A stretch of 64,000 nt of DNA from a virus (IMGVR_UViG_3300037467_000583:25342-89341); one strand, 5' to 3'. Counted from the first letter of the stretch, positions 10,623-21,768 are shown. Translations and numbers: made by a program. Notes: a model not told the origin generated them from the letters alone.

Positions 10623-10940
10623 TCACACACAAATATGCACAATATATCCAGCAGCCAGAACAACCGTAGACAGGATTACGGATGCAGCAACATACTCTCC
10701 AACAGTGTCAAGCACCTTGAAATCAACGCTAGGAACACCCATAAATCGTGCCAACAGCGTCAATCCCATTGCAGCGGCAATCCCGAGCGGAGGTGCACCG
10801 AAGATTGATACAACAAACCATGCCCACAAAACAGTTACCACCCAAGCTTTGTAAACACTGGAGCCAAGAACCAACAAAACTTGGCCTACAAGTGTCGTAA
10901 GCGACTCATCCTTGGATTTCTTCAGCACATCAACTTTCAT
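10623..10940 (-). CDS. Small membrane protein
   Basis: Three hydrophobic segments. Confidence 0.65.
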   Translation of the reverse strand: MKVDVLKKSKDESLTTLVGQVLLVLGSSVYKAWVVTVLWAWFVVSIFGAPPLGIAAAMGLTLLARFMGVPSVDFKVLDTVGEYVAASVILSTVVLAAGYIVHICV

Positions 10941-11200
10941 ACTTCCTCCTTACTATCATAAAGTTTCAAAATTTCAGCTTCAATCTCATCCCAAGCTTTC
11001 GTGCCAATAAGATTGCTGATTTCAATATCATCGACATACACTGCTTCGATAATCACTTCCTCTGGGGATTCAGGCTCATCTGCCGTTGAAGGAATGGCTT
11101 GGTAGAACCTGAATTCTACTTCGAGTTCAACTCCACGTAAAACGATTTTACGAGTGAAGAAACTCGGAGAAAACTGTTTACTTTGATCGGAATAACTCAA
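10937..11200 (-). CDS. Hypothetical protein
   Basis: Co-oriented ORF overlapping the next gene by 4 nt. Confidence 0.6.
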   Translation of the reverse strand: MSYSDQSKQFSPSFFTRKIVLRGVELEVEFRFYQAIPSTADEPESPEEVIIEAVYVDDIEISNLIGTKAWDEIEAEILKLYDSKEEV

Positions 11201-11599
11201 GAATGTCCTCCCACATAAGAATTAGTCCAATTTTGATGAGCATCCATTTGTAGGCTAGCTCATTCATTTTAGTGTTACCGTGTATTTTTCTAAAAGCACC
11301 CTAGCAGCTTCGTTACAATCATTAACGTAAAGTCCGACTGTAGAGTTGTATAAGTATTGCGCAATATCGTCCACGTGCTTGACGTGGTCTTCCCAGTTTA
11401 CAGCCTCTTGCTCACTTTGAAAGATATTTCCATCTTCAGTTTGCCACACTTGCTTAGGCATCTTCGTTCTCCAATTCATACATTTTATCTAGCATCTTGT
11501 ACAGTTGATCCACTTCGCTCTGCATCATACGATTCTCTTCTTTGTTGGCATCCATCTCATCACAGAGAACGTCGATACGAGCCTGAATTTCTTCTTTGG

Positions 11600-11992
11600 T
11601 CATACATCGTCCTTAATAACTAACACGTCATTGTACACTGTTTTCTCAGGATTTACAAGCATCCTATCAATCTCTCCGATAAGATTGTTGACAGCACGTA
11701 GACTTTTTACAACAGCCTTTGCATCCTGTGCTGCATGCCCGTGCTTGTAGAGCCAATCCATCATCTTGAACGCCTTGGCGCGATACCAATTGTAGCGTCC
11801 ATCCTTTTTGTAGAGCAAGCCTTTTGGGAAATCATCTGGCAAGCTCACGAAGTAAGGGAAGCGAATGTGCACATCCTTCCTCTTCAATGTGATTGCCTCT
11901 ACAACGGCAGCAGCAAGAATCTTATAATCCTCGTCAGAAGCTTCCCTTGTTGTGGCACGAAGCTGGTTAGAGGGTTTGCGTCGTGTTGTCAT
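11600..11992 (-). CDS. Hypothetical protein
   Basis: Co-oriented 130-aa ORF. Confidence 0.6.
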   Translation of the reverse strand: MTTRRKPSNQLRATTREASDEDYKILAAAVVEAITLKRKDVHIRFPYFVSLPDDFPKGLLYKKDGRYNWYRAKAFKMMDWLYKHGHAAQDAKAVVKSLRAVNNLIGEIDRMLVNPEKTVYNDVLVIKDDV

Positions 11993-12122
11993 TTATCACA
12001 ATATTAGTCATTATTGAAATCGTAGTAAGAGTCTTCTAACTTCTGTTGAAGTTCCTCAAATGTAATTTCTCCGGCCTCATACTGGTCTTTGTACTCTTGC
12101 TGTAATTTTTGTAGGTCGTTCA

Positions 12123-12416
12123 TCATTTCATCTCCACAAAGAACAAAACGTTAGCAAGTTGCATCCAGTTTTCGTAAGTGCCTCCGTCAGAAGGTTTAAT
12201 CTTCTCTACAGAGGCTTTAACATAGAAAGTGTACAAAGTTTTCATTTCAGCAGAAGAAACAAAATCCGCCCATTGCTCATTAGTAAGCTTTACACGAAAC
12301 TGTGGCGTCTCATACGTAATTGGACGGAACCAAGATGTCACTTGTGCAATCCTTCCTGTCAGGTCTTTCTCAACATTGAAAAGTTCGTATGGCAGGTTAA
12401 TGTATGGAAGGCTCAT
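12123..12416 (-). CDS. Hypothetical protein
   Basis: Co-oriented ORF with GGAG SD. Confidence 0.55.
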   Translation of the reverse strand: MSLPYINLPYELFNVEKDLTGRIAQVTSWFRPITYETPQFRVKLTNEQWADFVSSAEMKTLYTFYVKASVEKIKPSDGGTYENWMQLANVLFFVEMK

Positions 12417-12819
12417 CCCATCTCCACATCATAAAGCGTACCCTCAAGCCTATCTGCAATTTGTTGCAACTTCTCTCTTACCCAATCCATCGTAATGCGA
12501 TAGTTGTCGTCTGAGAAAAGTTCATCAGGGATGTTGTGAATTTGTACGTGAAAGGTTAGTTCCATTGTTCCAAGACCTCAGGAGGTTGTTTGCCAAACTT
12601 CTTAGTGTACTCGTAATTCAGCCCGAAGTCATCGTCAGGGTCTACGTCATACGTCTCGATACAGTATTGCCTGAAGAATGCTAAATACTGCACCCAGTCA
12701 GTGTATTCCTTCATGTCTTTTAGAAGCTCTGCCATAGTGATTTCAAGTTTCATTATTCCTCCTCTGTGAAAAAGCGATAAGGTATAACTTGCCAACTATG
12801 TCCATTCCACGCCACGTCT

Positions 12820-13029
12820 CTAGTACTCATACCCTTGTTGTGCATTCCTGCTCCGTACGTTCGTGACGTATTCGTAGTCGAGTGCTTCTTGTTCTGCGTC
12901 GTCGAAGCCATCTTGCCAGTCGTCTCCTGCACTGTCGCAATCTCCATTAGTGTGCGGGTTGTTCGTGATGCCGAGGGCGTACGCTGCCCTACCCTCGTAG
13001 TAGAATCTGCTACCATTTTTACTGCGCAT
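12820..13029 (-). CDS. Small protein with Rmf-like pattern
   Basis: YYEGRAAYALGITNNPH...DDWQDGFDD resembles the G-x-x-A...P(Y/H)...W-x-x-G-(W/F) pattern of ribosome modulation factor. Confidence 0.45.
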   Translation of the reverse strand: MRSKNGSRFYYEGRAAYALGITNNPHTNGDCDSAGDDWQDGFDDAEQEALDYEYVTNVRSRNAQQGYEY

Positions 13030-13046
13030 TGCTGTGTTGTCCTTAG

Positions 13047-15452
13047 TTAGTGGCAAGTTGCCCAATTTGTGCCGATCATGTAACCGGCAGTAAGCTCAAC
13101 GTTAAGTTTGTAATATTCTCCGGACATTTTGACGGCCTGTACAGCAAGCTCTCCTGCCCTGTTGTATGCCCGGAACCACCCTTTGTCGTTGTGAATCACG
13201 TCGCTCCATTTACGTCCTTCAGGATCGACAAAATTCTTAGCTTCTTCCTCTGTTTCAAACTTCTTAAACTTTACTGCACTACGTCGTACCTCGTATTGTG
13301 CCTCATCGTGATATGCTATCAACTGTTGGCAGAAGTCTTTATTCTTCCAGTCATCACGAAAAAAGTCAACAGCTAATCCCTCTTTTTCCAACATCTTATC
13401 GTGAATAACCATAGCACGCTTAGCACAGATAACACCTGCAGATTGTAGATAGCTGTTAATCACGTTACCTTTTGAGCGGATAGGAAGCTTACGTTTGTCA
13501 ATAGCGGGGATGAACTTCTTTTGTCCAGCGCCTTCCCAATACCTTTGCATAGCCTCTTTTAGCAACTTCAATGGAGCAGCTTGCGTCCAGAAAGCGTCGA
13601 AAATAATTTGTCCATCTTCTAAACTACAACCTACAGTCTTTGCTACTCGCTTTGGCTGCGCGTTATAGCTGCACCCGTACTTAACCGGCTTGGCAGACTG
13701 ACGAGGGAAGTTTCGCCCTAGAAGTTCGGTAATCGAACGAGCCAGTACAGAGTGACAGTCATTGGGCTTCTCTGCCGTCAAACTATAACCGTACTCTGGT
13801 CCACCCGGATACTTCCAAACCGCATGGGTTTCCATTTTAGCTTCTAGGCTGTCAAAGTCGAACGCCATCTGTAGAAAACCGTCCTTAACATCCACACCAA
13901 ACAGCGAGCGCATTTGTGTACCATACAGACTCGTAGTACGGCTAATATTGGCAACACGCCTGTGCTTCATGCGACTCGTAGCTGCATCGCACGTACCTGC
14001 TGGTGTTGGGATACGTCCATCTATGTCTAACCTAGGCTCCGACAGAAAGCCCTTCTCTGGTTCCTCTTCCTCGTCGTCAGGGTCTACTCCGCCTCCAAGA
14101 ATACTGTTACGACGGTGTGTGTACGTAAAATAATCCGACACCAACTTTGCATGCGGAAATTTGTCGGCAATCTCTAAAAGTTTAGGATCAATCTCCTTCT
14201 CTTGCCCAACAGTCAGCGTAGGATTGGTGTAGACTTTCAAAGGGCGTTTGATGTCATGCTTCAACAGTTTTTCACGCAACCTTTTCGGACTAACTTCTAA
14301 TTCTTCGCAACGGTCTTTGCAGAACGGAGAACTCAACGTCTGCTCAACGTACTTCTCGACTGCCGCTTCAAACTTCTCCCGCGACACTTTTTTCTTCTTT
14401 GCATCACAAGTAAGATCACGCTCTTTGTACTGCGAAGGCTGCCACTTGAACTTCTCTACAAGCCAACCCTTCAAGTGCGCGCTGTCATTTGCACTACTGC
14501 TAAGCTTACCCGGTTCTGTGCTGATGAGCGGTTCACATGGAATAGGCAGCTTATGCGTCTTACCAAGAAGGGTGGCATACCAGCCGTCTTCTTTCTCTTC
14601 TAGAACGCCCTCGTGCTTAGCAATAAAATTTTTAAGATGCGTGCTAGGAGCACCAGACTTAAGAAATTGGGTAGCAGGAGGAGTGTACTCTTTTTGTTTA
14701 GTTTTCGCAAGAGGGCGAGGTGGAATAAGAGGTTCAACAATTGCACGAATCTCTTCCATCTTCTGGTCCAAGTCACGTACACACTCTTCTGCAAACTTCT
14801 TATCAAACCAAAATCCACGGTGTTCTTGTCTTGTAATAATCTCAGCCACCTTCTGCTCCATCTTGAAGGCATCTTGCCACGGCCAGTCTCCCCATTCTTT
14901 GACAAGAGCGTTGTAAACCTTGTGGTTCACTTCAACGTCTCGGACGTTATACTCAAGCATTTCTGGATGATAGACACGGAACTCTGCACCTTTTTCTGCA
15001 TCCTTGTCGATAAGTCCAATCTCAATTGCTTTGGCACGCCAGTCAATCTTCTCCAGACCAAGCGTCTTACCCCAAGCCTCGATGCTATGTCCTCCATAAC
15101 GATCAGGGTTCAGCACCTTACTCGCAATCATAGTGTCGTAGATGACAACTGGACGACCATCAAACATATCTTGGTCATCAATCTTGTAGTCAAGGTTCAA
15201 AGCCAGTTTAAGTGCAAGCAAGTCGAAGTTAATGATGTTTGCACCGATAAGCGTGGTAAGCTGCTTACTCCACTCTGGAAACTTAGAGTAGCACTCGTCT
15301 TGAACAAACTTGTAAATCTTACCTGTGTCGATGTCCTTGGCAACAATACAGTGAATTTTGAACGTATCCTTTAGTGAATAAGGACTAGTCGTATAGTCAA
15401 TTGTATCGCTGTTCAGGAGGTTAGTTGACTCAATATCGAATACGACTCTCAC
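13047..15452 (-). CDS. Family A DNA polymerase with 3'-5' exonuclease (T7 gp5-like)
   Basis: VFDIES, GANIINFD, YNVRDV exo motifs; DFDSLE (A), RQSAKPVKYG (B), YHDE (C). Confidence 0.97.
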   Translation of the reverse strand: MRVVFDIESTNLLNSDTIDYTTSPYSLKDTFKIHCIVAKDIDTGKIYKFVQDECYSKFPEWSKQLTTLIGANIINFDLLALKLALNLDYKIDDQDMFDGRPVVIYDTMIASKVLNPDRYGGHSIEAWGKTLGLEKIDWRAKAIEIGLIDKDAEKGAEFRVYHPEMLEYNVRDVEVNHKVYNALVKEWGDWPWQDAFKMEQKVAEIITRQEHRGFWFDKKFAEECVRDLDQKMEEIRAIVEPLIPPRPLAKTKQKEYTPPATQFLKSGAPSTHLKNFIAKHEGVLEEKEDGWYATLLGKTHKLPIPCEPLISTEPGKLSSSANDSAHLKGWLVEKFKWQPSQYKERDLTCDAKKKKVSREKFEAAVEKYVEQTLSSPFCKDRCEELEVSPKRLREKLLKHDIKRPLKVYTNPTLTVGQEKEIDPKLLEIADKFPHAKLVSDYFTYTHRRNSILGGGVDPDDEEEEPEKGFLSEPRLDIDGRIPTPAGTCDAATSRMKHRRVANISRTTSLYGTQMRSLFGVDVKDGFLQMAFDFDSLEAKMETHAVWKYPGGPEYGYSLTAEKPNDCHSVLARSITELLGRNFPRQSAKPVKYGCSYNAQPKRVAKTVGCSLEDGQIIFDAFWTQAAPLKLLKEAMQRYWEGAGQKKFIPAIDKRKLPIRSKGNVINSYLQSAGVICAKRAMVIHDKMLEKEGLAVDFFRDDWKNKDFCQQLIAYHDEAQYEVRRSAVKFKKFETEEEAKNFVDPEGRKWSDVIHNDKGWFRAYNRAGELAVQAVKMSGEYYKLNVELTAGYMIGTNWATCH

Positions 15453-15694
15453 ACAACCTCCTCAATCAATAATCTTCGCCAAGTGCCTACCAAGCTGCGT
15501 CAGCAACTCTTGTGCCACAAACTCATCAGCCTCTTCTCGACAATACGAATGATAGTCGTCATCCGAAAGCTCAATCTTCTTACCGTGAAAATCGTACTCG
15601 TAAGTTTCATAACCATTGTCGTCAATCGTAGAACAGATCAACTCCAGCCCAAGAAGCTCAGCCACATCCCACGCCTTAATTTGTACGTATGCCA

Positions 15695-16129
15695 TCACTC
15701 CTCCCCAAACATCTCAGCCAATTGGTCGTAACTATACGTCACCTGATAATCCTCCTGCTGAGCCATCTTCACCAACCCCTGCCACTCAACATCGTCCATC
15801 TCTACCCAGGCTTCGATGCTCTGCAATCCCTTCAACTCACTCTTGAGCATCCGCTGAATTTCCTCCACAGCAGCAATCTTCTTCTTGAACTTGCGAATGT
15901 AGGGTGTGTAGACGGCAGCTTGTTCTTTGCAATTTTTTGCGTTTGAATAGCACGTCTCTGCCGACACTGTATCTTGCTCCTTCATACACACGCCATATTG
16001 CGACATATATTCGTCCGCCTGCGAATTGTAGGCGGCGCGTGCCTTGCGGAGTTTGGACTGTTCTTCATACAGGCCCGTTAGAACCTGTGACAATACTGCT
16101 ATGTTGCGCTGAACTAATTGTGCCTTCAT
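15695..16129 (-). CDS. Hypothetical coiled-coil protein
   Basis: Helical ORF; its start is overlapped by the 3' end of endonuclease cassette 1. Confidence 0.65.
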   Translation of the reverse strand: MKAQLVQRNIAVLSQVLTGLYEEQSKLRKARAAYNSQADEYMSQYGVCMKEQDTVSAETCYSNAKNCKEQAAVYTPYIRKFKKKIAAVEEIQRMLKSELKGLQSIEAWVEMDDVEWQGLVKMAQQEDYQVTYSYDQLAEMFGEE

Positions 16130-17291
16130 ATATGTACCCGCTTTCCTTTATAAAATCTATAAGTTTTAAATACTGTGAAGATGGCATTGCCTCACTTACA
16201 AAACCCTTTACACCAACCCTTTTCAACGGGAAGTTAGATTTGATTTCCTTCTCCAAGTCGAATGCAATTGCCCCAGTCGTCTTTAGGACGTAAGACATAT
16301 CAACGTGATATCCATGCTTCCCTAACTGTGCAGTGTGTTGCTTTAGTCTTCTGTCAAAATTGTTTGTGACCCCAAAACCAACAAACGAGTCCGCAAACCC
16401 TTCAATTTTCAGTGCGTAGACATACCCCACGTCACTTAGTCGCTTATACCCTCCCTGTACGCAGCTTGCACATCGACTACCGTTCAAAAAACTCTGTAAT
16501 CCAATATCGAAGGTTCCGTGTTCAAGACACTGTATAGATACTTTCGACTTACTGCCGACGTACCCCTCGGCCCAACCCTTGAATGTATATTTGCTTCCTA
16601 GCAATGCAGTTACTACTTGATACTCCCTTAAAGCAATAGGCCACTTATAAATATGAGAACACCTACATGCCAATAATCCTTGCCCAAGCTTTGCAGTTGT
16701 ACTCTGAAAAATCCCATCGCATAGACCTGCGCTTGCAAACTCATCATTCTTACAAACAGGGCATAAGTAATACCAAGAGTGAGTACGTGTACCTCTAAGG
16801 AATTTGGTGTCAGGGTGGTACACACCAGTATTAAAGAACTTTCTGATTAATTCTTCGCTCTCTTTAGTGGCCCTAACCCTAGAGTTTTCTGCTTTGCAGT
16901 ACGGACAGCCGCACTCTTTTCCCAACAGTTTGCTAACATATGTACTTTCCCACGTCTTGTTATGAATTTTACAGAACATTTCTGCTTTCGTCAATGAACG
17001 ATTCCACTCCGCAAAAATTCCAACAAACTCGTGATCTAGCCCCACATATTTCCTGCGCAGAAGAGTTTCGTACTGCTCTTTAGACATCTCGTAGTTTGCA
17101 CTACAACCGCAAGGAACATTCCCTCTAGAAAATGAGTTGGTTGCTTGCAAGAACGTCCCATCCCCATACATCTCGCTATCCGATGCACACTTGTCGCACT
17201 TTACTCGGAAATATTTTCTACCGTCATGCTCTACCCTCTCAACAATTGTCAATCCGTTTTTAACATATCCCGGAATATATTTCGCTGTCAC
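16065..17291 (-). CDS. Zn-finger repeat + GIY-YIG-like endonuclease (cassette copy 1)
   Basis: Repeated CxxC...PCxC modules; C-terminal GYVYALK...VGFGVTNNFDRRLKQH...LE. Confidence 0.8.
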   Translation of the reverse strand: MTAKYIPGYVKNGLTIVERVEHDGRKYFRVKCDKCASDSEMYGDGTFLQATNSFSRGNVPCGCSANYEMSKEQYETLLRRKYVGLDHEFVGIFAEWNRSLTKAEMFCKIHNKTWESTYVSKLLGKECGCPYCKAENSRVRATKESEELIRKFFNTGVYHPDTKFLRGTRTHSWYYLCPVCKNDEFASAGLCDGIFQSTTAKLGQGLLACRCSHIYKWPIALREYQVVTALLGSKYTFKGWAEGYVGSKSKVSIQCLEHGTFDIGLQSFLNGSRCASCVQGGYKRLSDVGYVYALKIEGFADSFVGFGVTNNFDRRLKQHTAQLGKHGYHVDMSYVLKTTGAIAFDLEKEIKSNFPLKRVGVKGFVSEAMPSSQYLKLIDFIKESGYIYEGTISSAQHSSIVTGSNGPV

Positions 17292-17479
17292 ATTGCCTCC
17301 AAACGGGCCAGAGCACGCTTTTTGACAACAATCTTGCGAGCCCCACGAATCTTATTTTCCATCTCAGTATTACCTTTGTTGGCATAATAACGAATCATGG
17401 TTGAAATTACTTGAGGTGTTGCAGTTTCAATGTATTCTGCAAGTTCTTCAAGAGTGCTATTCTGGTAATCAAAGCTCAT
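17288..17479 (-). CDS. Small partner protein of cassette 1
   Basis: FDYQ...YY...MxxKIxxARK motif shared with three other copies; ATGA overlap with the nuclease. Confidence 0.8.
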   Translation of the reverse strand: MSFDYQNSTLEELAEYIETATPQVISTMIRYYANKGNTEMENKIRGARKIVVKKRALARLEAM

Positions 17480-17501
17480 GCATCTTTCCCTTAAAGCTTT
17501 A

Positions 17502-17530
17502 ATTATACATCAGAATAACAATCTTGTCAA
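17502..17530 (-). promoter_or_regulatory. Consensus sigma70 promoter, cassette 1
   Basis: TTGACA-agattgttattctgatg(17)-TATAAT. Confidence 0.9.
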
Positions 17531-17533
17531 ACT

Positions 17534-19273
17534 TTAAAACTGCTGAGGGTTCTGCTGCAACCAATCATCCATGTCATGCATAGTGTGAGTAACATTGTCG
17601 TAGTAGTACTTGCCAGCCATACCTGTACGACCCGTCCAGCGGCACTTACTCATCTTCATGTGCGTGGTATTTTTCTCAGTTTCGTCCTCTGCCTCTTTGT
17701 TACGAGTGAAGATGAGGTTGCAGGCACCCGACTTCAGAATTGCAGACGAACCATGAATGTCTTCTTCATGCATATTAGCGCCAGTAGAGTTGGCCTTCTG
17801 CCCGCTACCGGACTTGCGCACGTGATTTACGTTAATGAAAGTGCACTGGTGACTCTTGACCATGCCCTTCATCCAACGCATGAACACAGCCTGCTCCTCA
17901 TTACTGAGTCCATCAAGGATGTCTTGCAACGGATCAAGGATAATCACCTTACAGCCGCAAGCAATGATGAGATTCATAATGAGGTCTTTAAGACTCTCAA
18001 TCCCCCCATCACGCTCCTCTACAAGATGCCAGCGCGGAGTTCCGTCTTCATTATACCACAGTTCCTTAGCCTTAGCTTGAACTTCTTCACTTTGGATAAA
18101 CTCAATCTTCTCATCTACATCCTCGATAAGATCGATCTTACGCCCGATGTGACGGCTAAGAATCTTAGTGCCATACTGCCCACTATCACTCTCAAGAGTA
18201 ACAACACCAATACGATGAGGGCTGTTGAACACCCAAAAGTACGTGCACTCATCTACGATAGTACTCTTACCTGTTCCACTTGCAGATGCAAGATTGACAA
18301 TGACACCTAGCGGAATTCCGCCTGCCATCTCCTTCTGAACCTTGTGCATGAATGGCGGCAGAGGAATCTTAGGCGTACGGGCTTGCTCAATAATCTTATC
18401 CATGAGGCTGTCACTGCCAATGATGCCGTCAGGGCTGTATGCAGGGGCAGAATAGAACAAGCTTACGAACTGCTTCTCACGGCCTTTCTCAAGATACTCG
18501 TTAGCGTCCTTGAGCGACAACTTCATCACAAACATCTTACCTTTTGGTAGTACATCAACAAGCTTCTTAACAGCGTCCTTGCCAGCATCGTCGTTGTCGT
18601 AGCAGACAACAATCTTATCGAAGTTGTTGATCCAGTCGTAGTGTTTTTGAATTTGTTTGTAGCTACCTGCCTCACCAATGCCGCTAGAAACTACTGGTAT
18701 TGGATCAAAGTCACTCCCCTTACCTTTTCGATAATTTTCAAGCATCTGGTAAGCCGACAAGGCATCAACTTCCCCGGCACAGATCAACAAGTATCGGCCA
18801 ACACTGTTCTTCCACTTCCACTGCCCGAAAAGCTCAGAATCCTTGCCAATCTTGCCTACACTATAGAACTCCTTTGGCAACTTCCTAACTTTGAAACCTG
18901 CAGGTTTGTATCCTTCCGTGTAAGGGTAAAACACTTCAGCGACATTGCCAGTTTCTTCGTCAAACTTGAACCGGCAGGCATAAGCTTTATAAGTTTCATC
19001 AGTGATGCCACGACAGTTCTGTCCGTTGACCCCTGTGTACCCCTTGATTTTCTCAACTTCTTCTTGAGTAATAAGTTCTTTAGTCATAACCTCTTCATCG
19101 TCATATTCGTAGTTATCGACGCCACGGGCTTTACGCTCAGCATCGCTCAAAATGGAAAAGCCACAGGCAAAGCAATGCTTCCCCATGCCTTCTCCGTAAT
19201 TGACAAGGTTATCCCCTGCTGTGTCATGTCCCGCTTTACGACATTGTGGGCATGGCTCGTTAGAAATCATCAA
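17534..19273 (-). CDS. Primase-helicase (T7 gp4-like)
   Basis: CPQC...CFAC Zn finger, TOPRIM (CAGEVDA, YDND, KDANE), SF4 Walker A SGTGKST, LDPLQ, HVRK. Confidence 0.96.
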   Translation of the reverse strand: MMISNEPCPQCRKAGHDTAGDNLVNYGEGMGKHCFACGFSILSDAERKARGVDNYEYDDEEVMTKELITQEEVEKIKGYTGVNGQNCRGITDETYKAYACRFKFDEETGNVAEVFYPYTEGYKPAGFKVRKLPKEFYSVGKIGKDSELFGQWKWKNSVGRYLLICAGEVDALSAYQMLENYRKGKGSDFDPIPVVSSGIGEAGSYKQIQKHYDWINNFDKIVVCYDNDDAGKDAVKKLVDVLPKGKMFVMKLSLKDANEYLEKGREKQFVSLFYSAPAYSPDGIIGSDSLMDKIIEQARTPKIPLPPFMHKVQKEMAGGIPLGVIVNLASASGTGKSTIVDECTYFWVFNSPHRIGVVTLESDSGQYGTKILSRHIGRKIDLIEDVDEKIEFIQSEEVQAKAKELWYNEDGTPRWHLVEERDGGIESLKDLIMNLIIACGCKVIILDPLQDILDGLSNEEQAVFMRWMKGMVKSHQCTFINVNHVRKSGSGQKANSTGANMHEEDIHGSSAILKSGACNLIFTRNKEAEDETEKNTTHMKMSKCRWTGRTGMAGKYYYDNVTHTMHDMDDWLQQNPQQF

Positions 19274-20025
19274 CCCTCCTTAAACTTCACCTCACGCCCA
19301 CTCATCGCAAGCAAATCATAAAGTTCTTGTGCAATCTCTTTCCGGGTCATGTCCGTTCTTATGTCAGCAGCAAGCCCAGAGCCACCCTTCCAGTTAGTTG
19401 CCCACACTTGTACACCATCACCGTGCACCTCAATTTCAAATTTATCTTGCATCAATCCCCCACTATCCATACCAAGCTATAGCACCACAAGTTTTACAAA
19501 CATCGCTGTACGTACTGTCAACCACCCATTCACAACGACTTACTAAAGGATTTCCGTCTTCATCTTCAGTGTGCCCTTGCTGTACCCAATATGAGTCTTG
19601 ACACAACTCCTCTTTATTAGTTTGATAACCCATCAACCCTCCCACTCCTCCACATCTGCACCCGTGCTCAAAAGCAAGTCGTACATCTCTTGTGCAGAGC
19701 CCTTCTGATCACAACCTGCATCGAAGTAGAATGCGCGAACAGAGTCATCTTTAATTAAACAAACAGTGATAACACCACCTTTAATATGAATCTTGTACTT
19801 GTTCATGCTTCCTCCGTATATTTATCACCACAAGAAACGTGACTTTCACGATTGCATCCCACAACATCCATGTCCTGATACCGAAACACAGTCATGTTAA
19901 GCTTCTTATCCAACTCAGTGATTTCTTTGTAACCTAAGAATAGGTATTTCGGCACTCTGCCAGTCTCAACTATATACCCAACTCGCTGAGATTCGATACG
20001 ATCTAGGATACCCATTGCAATTTCC

Positions 20026-21228
20026 TCATGAATTCTCCCTACTATCAAAAATCAATTTATCTACAAAATCTACTACCTCTTGGTAATACTCGTAGTAAGT
20101 CGCTTCCGTTTTAAACCCCTCAATGTCTTGTGGATTGCATGGAAATCGCTTTTTGATTACCTGCTCAATATTCCACGCTTGTTGACCTGTAACATAGAAT
20201 ATTTGTGTTGCGACTATTTTAAGGCCAGCACGTTTAAGATTTCGTGCGTGAGTGTGCAGTCGACGGTCAGGTGTGTTTGAAACACCAAAACCTATAAAAC
20301 TGTGGCGGCCTTCCACTTTCAGGATGTAAAAACCAGCGTCAACCCCTTTCTTATACCCTGACGTGGCACAATCAGGACACCTATTTCCTACAGCCAGGAA
20401 CGAGTGGATGTTAACAGGCCAGTTACCATGAACATCACAGTTTAGTACTATCTTACTGCCAACATTCTTGTAATTGTCCTCCCACCCTACGAAGTTATAC
20501 TTGAGTCCCTCATATTCTAGAGTAGATTTTACTTGAAACTCTCGCTGTTGTGCCGTCCATCTATACGCCCTTGAACACCTGCAAGACTTCTTACCCACAG
20601 ATAGGTTAGCATAGCTAGAATTGAACAGTCCACTGCACAGCCCATTCTTTACAAAGATATCGTCACTACAAACACCGCAACGATATTTCCACTTATTACC
20701 CCTAGATTTACATCTACCGAAAATTGTGCCAGAAGGAAACTTACCCACCTCAAAAAATTTCTCTACGCAATGTTCGTCTGTGTATCCATTCTTCTCCGAG
20801 ATAGTATTATTTGCACACACCCTGCATCCCACTTTGGAGGTGAGTAAAGCACTTGCCCGTAAATTAGACCACTCATTTCCGTCTAAATTACAACGTAATT
20901 TTATCTTAGTTGAATTACCTGCGAAATCCTCAACAAATCCAAGAAACGTATAATTTCTTTTTGAGCATTCCCGTTCAACTCTCACTTTACACTGAGCCAG
21001 TGTCCATCTGTACACTCTACTTTCGCAAGCACAGGGCGTTGAACCTCTTGTCAGGCTGGATTTAGCAATAAGAAACTGGCCATCTCCAAACAATTCTGGA
21101 TCAAGATTGCAGATGTGGCAAACAACTCTGTAGACCTTATCGTGTCCGCTGGACGTAACACCATCTTGACATATGACTTCTATTTGGTTGCTTTTACCAA
21201 ACCTTCGCCCAATAAAAGAGTCTGTCAC
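20026..21228 (-). CDS. Zn-finger repeat + GIY-YIG-like endonuclease (cassette copy 2)
   Basis: Same architecture as copy 1; GFYILK...IGFGVSNTPDRRLHTH. Confidence 0.8.
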   Translation of the reverse strand: MTDSFIGRRFGKSNQIEVICQDGVTSSGHDKVYRVVCHICNLDPELFGDGQFLIAKSSLTRGSTPCACESRVYRWTLAQCKVRVERECSKRNYTFLGFVEDFAGNSTKIKLRCNLDGNEWSNLRASALLTSKVGCRVCANNTISEKNGYTDEHCVEKFFEVGKFPSGTIFGRCKSRGNKWKYRCGVCSDDIFVKNGLCSGLFNSSYANLSVGKKSCRCSRAYRWTAQQREFQVKSTLEYEGLKYNFVGWEDNYKNVGSKIVLNCDVHGNWPVNIHSFLAVGNRCPDCATSGYKKGVDAGFYILKVEGRHSFIGFGVSNTPDRRLHTHARNLKRAGLKIVATQIFYVTGQQAWNIEQVIKKRFPCNPQDIEGFKTEATYYEYYQEVVDFVDKLIFDSRENS

Positions 21229-21416
21229 ATAGCCTCCAGTCGAGCTTTAAGCCTCCGCTTGCTGACAATCTTACGGGCCATTTGAATCTTCTCAACCATG
21301 TCGCCCCTACCTTTATTTCGGTAGTATGCTAGCATGGTTGAAATCACTGGTGCTTTAGTCACTTCGATGTGATCTGCAAGTTCATCAATTGAACATTCTT
21401 GATAATTAAAATTCAT
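21225..21416 (-). CDS. Small partner protein of cassette 2
   Basis: FNYQ...VISTMLAYY...ARKIV...ARLEAM, clearly homologous to copy 1; ATGA overlap. Confidence 0.8.
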   Translation of the reverse strand: MNFNYQECSIDELADHIEVTKAPVISTMLAYYRNKGRGDMVEKIQMARKIVSKRRLKARLEAM

Positions 21417-21444
21417 AGTAAGATTCCTTTCGTCAGAAACCTTA

Positions 21445-21473
21445 ATTATAACATCTTAATACAATCTTGTCAA
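21445..21473 (-). promoter_or_regulatory. Consensus sigma70 promoter, cassette 2
   Basis: TTGACA-agattgtattaagatgt(17)-TATAAT. Confidence 0.9.
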
Positions 21474-21489
21474 TTTATAAGTTTTCGGG

Positions 21490-21768
21490 TCACACTGTGA
21501 CCCGATTAGCCAAGAAGCTTGCAAGACGAGTCATCAACTTGTGTTCTGGTGAATACTCGCCATCTTTTCGGCGTGCAATGGTGTTTGGAAGAACGTCCAG
21601 TAAGTCATGCACAGCGTTGATTTCGGCTTGGTACTCTTGTTGACTCTTATAGTAATGACCCTTCATATCACTAGCTTGCTTAAGTTTAGACGCAATATCA
21701 ATAACCTGCTTATCGAGTTCTGCAATCTGACGTTTCAGCGATGCCACACTTTCTTTCTTGACAGACAT
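21490..21768 (-). CDS. Hypothetical coiled-coil protein
   Basis: Start MSVKKES after GGGGGAA SD. Confidence 0.6.
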   Translation of the reverse strand: MSVKKESVASLKRQIAELDKQVIDIASKLKQASDMKGHYYKSQQEYQAEINAVHDLLDVLPNTIARRKDGEYSPEHKLMTRLASFLANRVTV

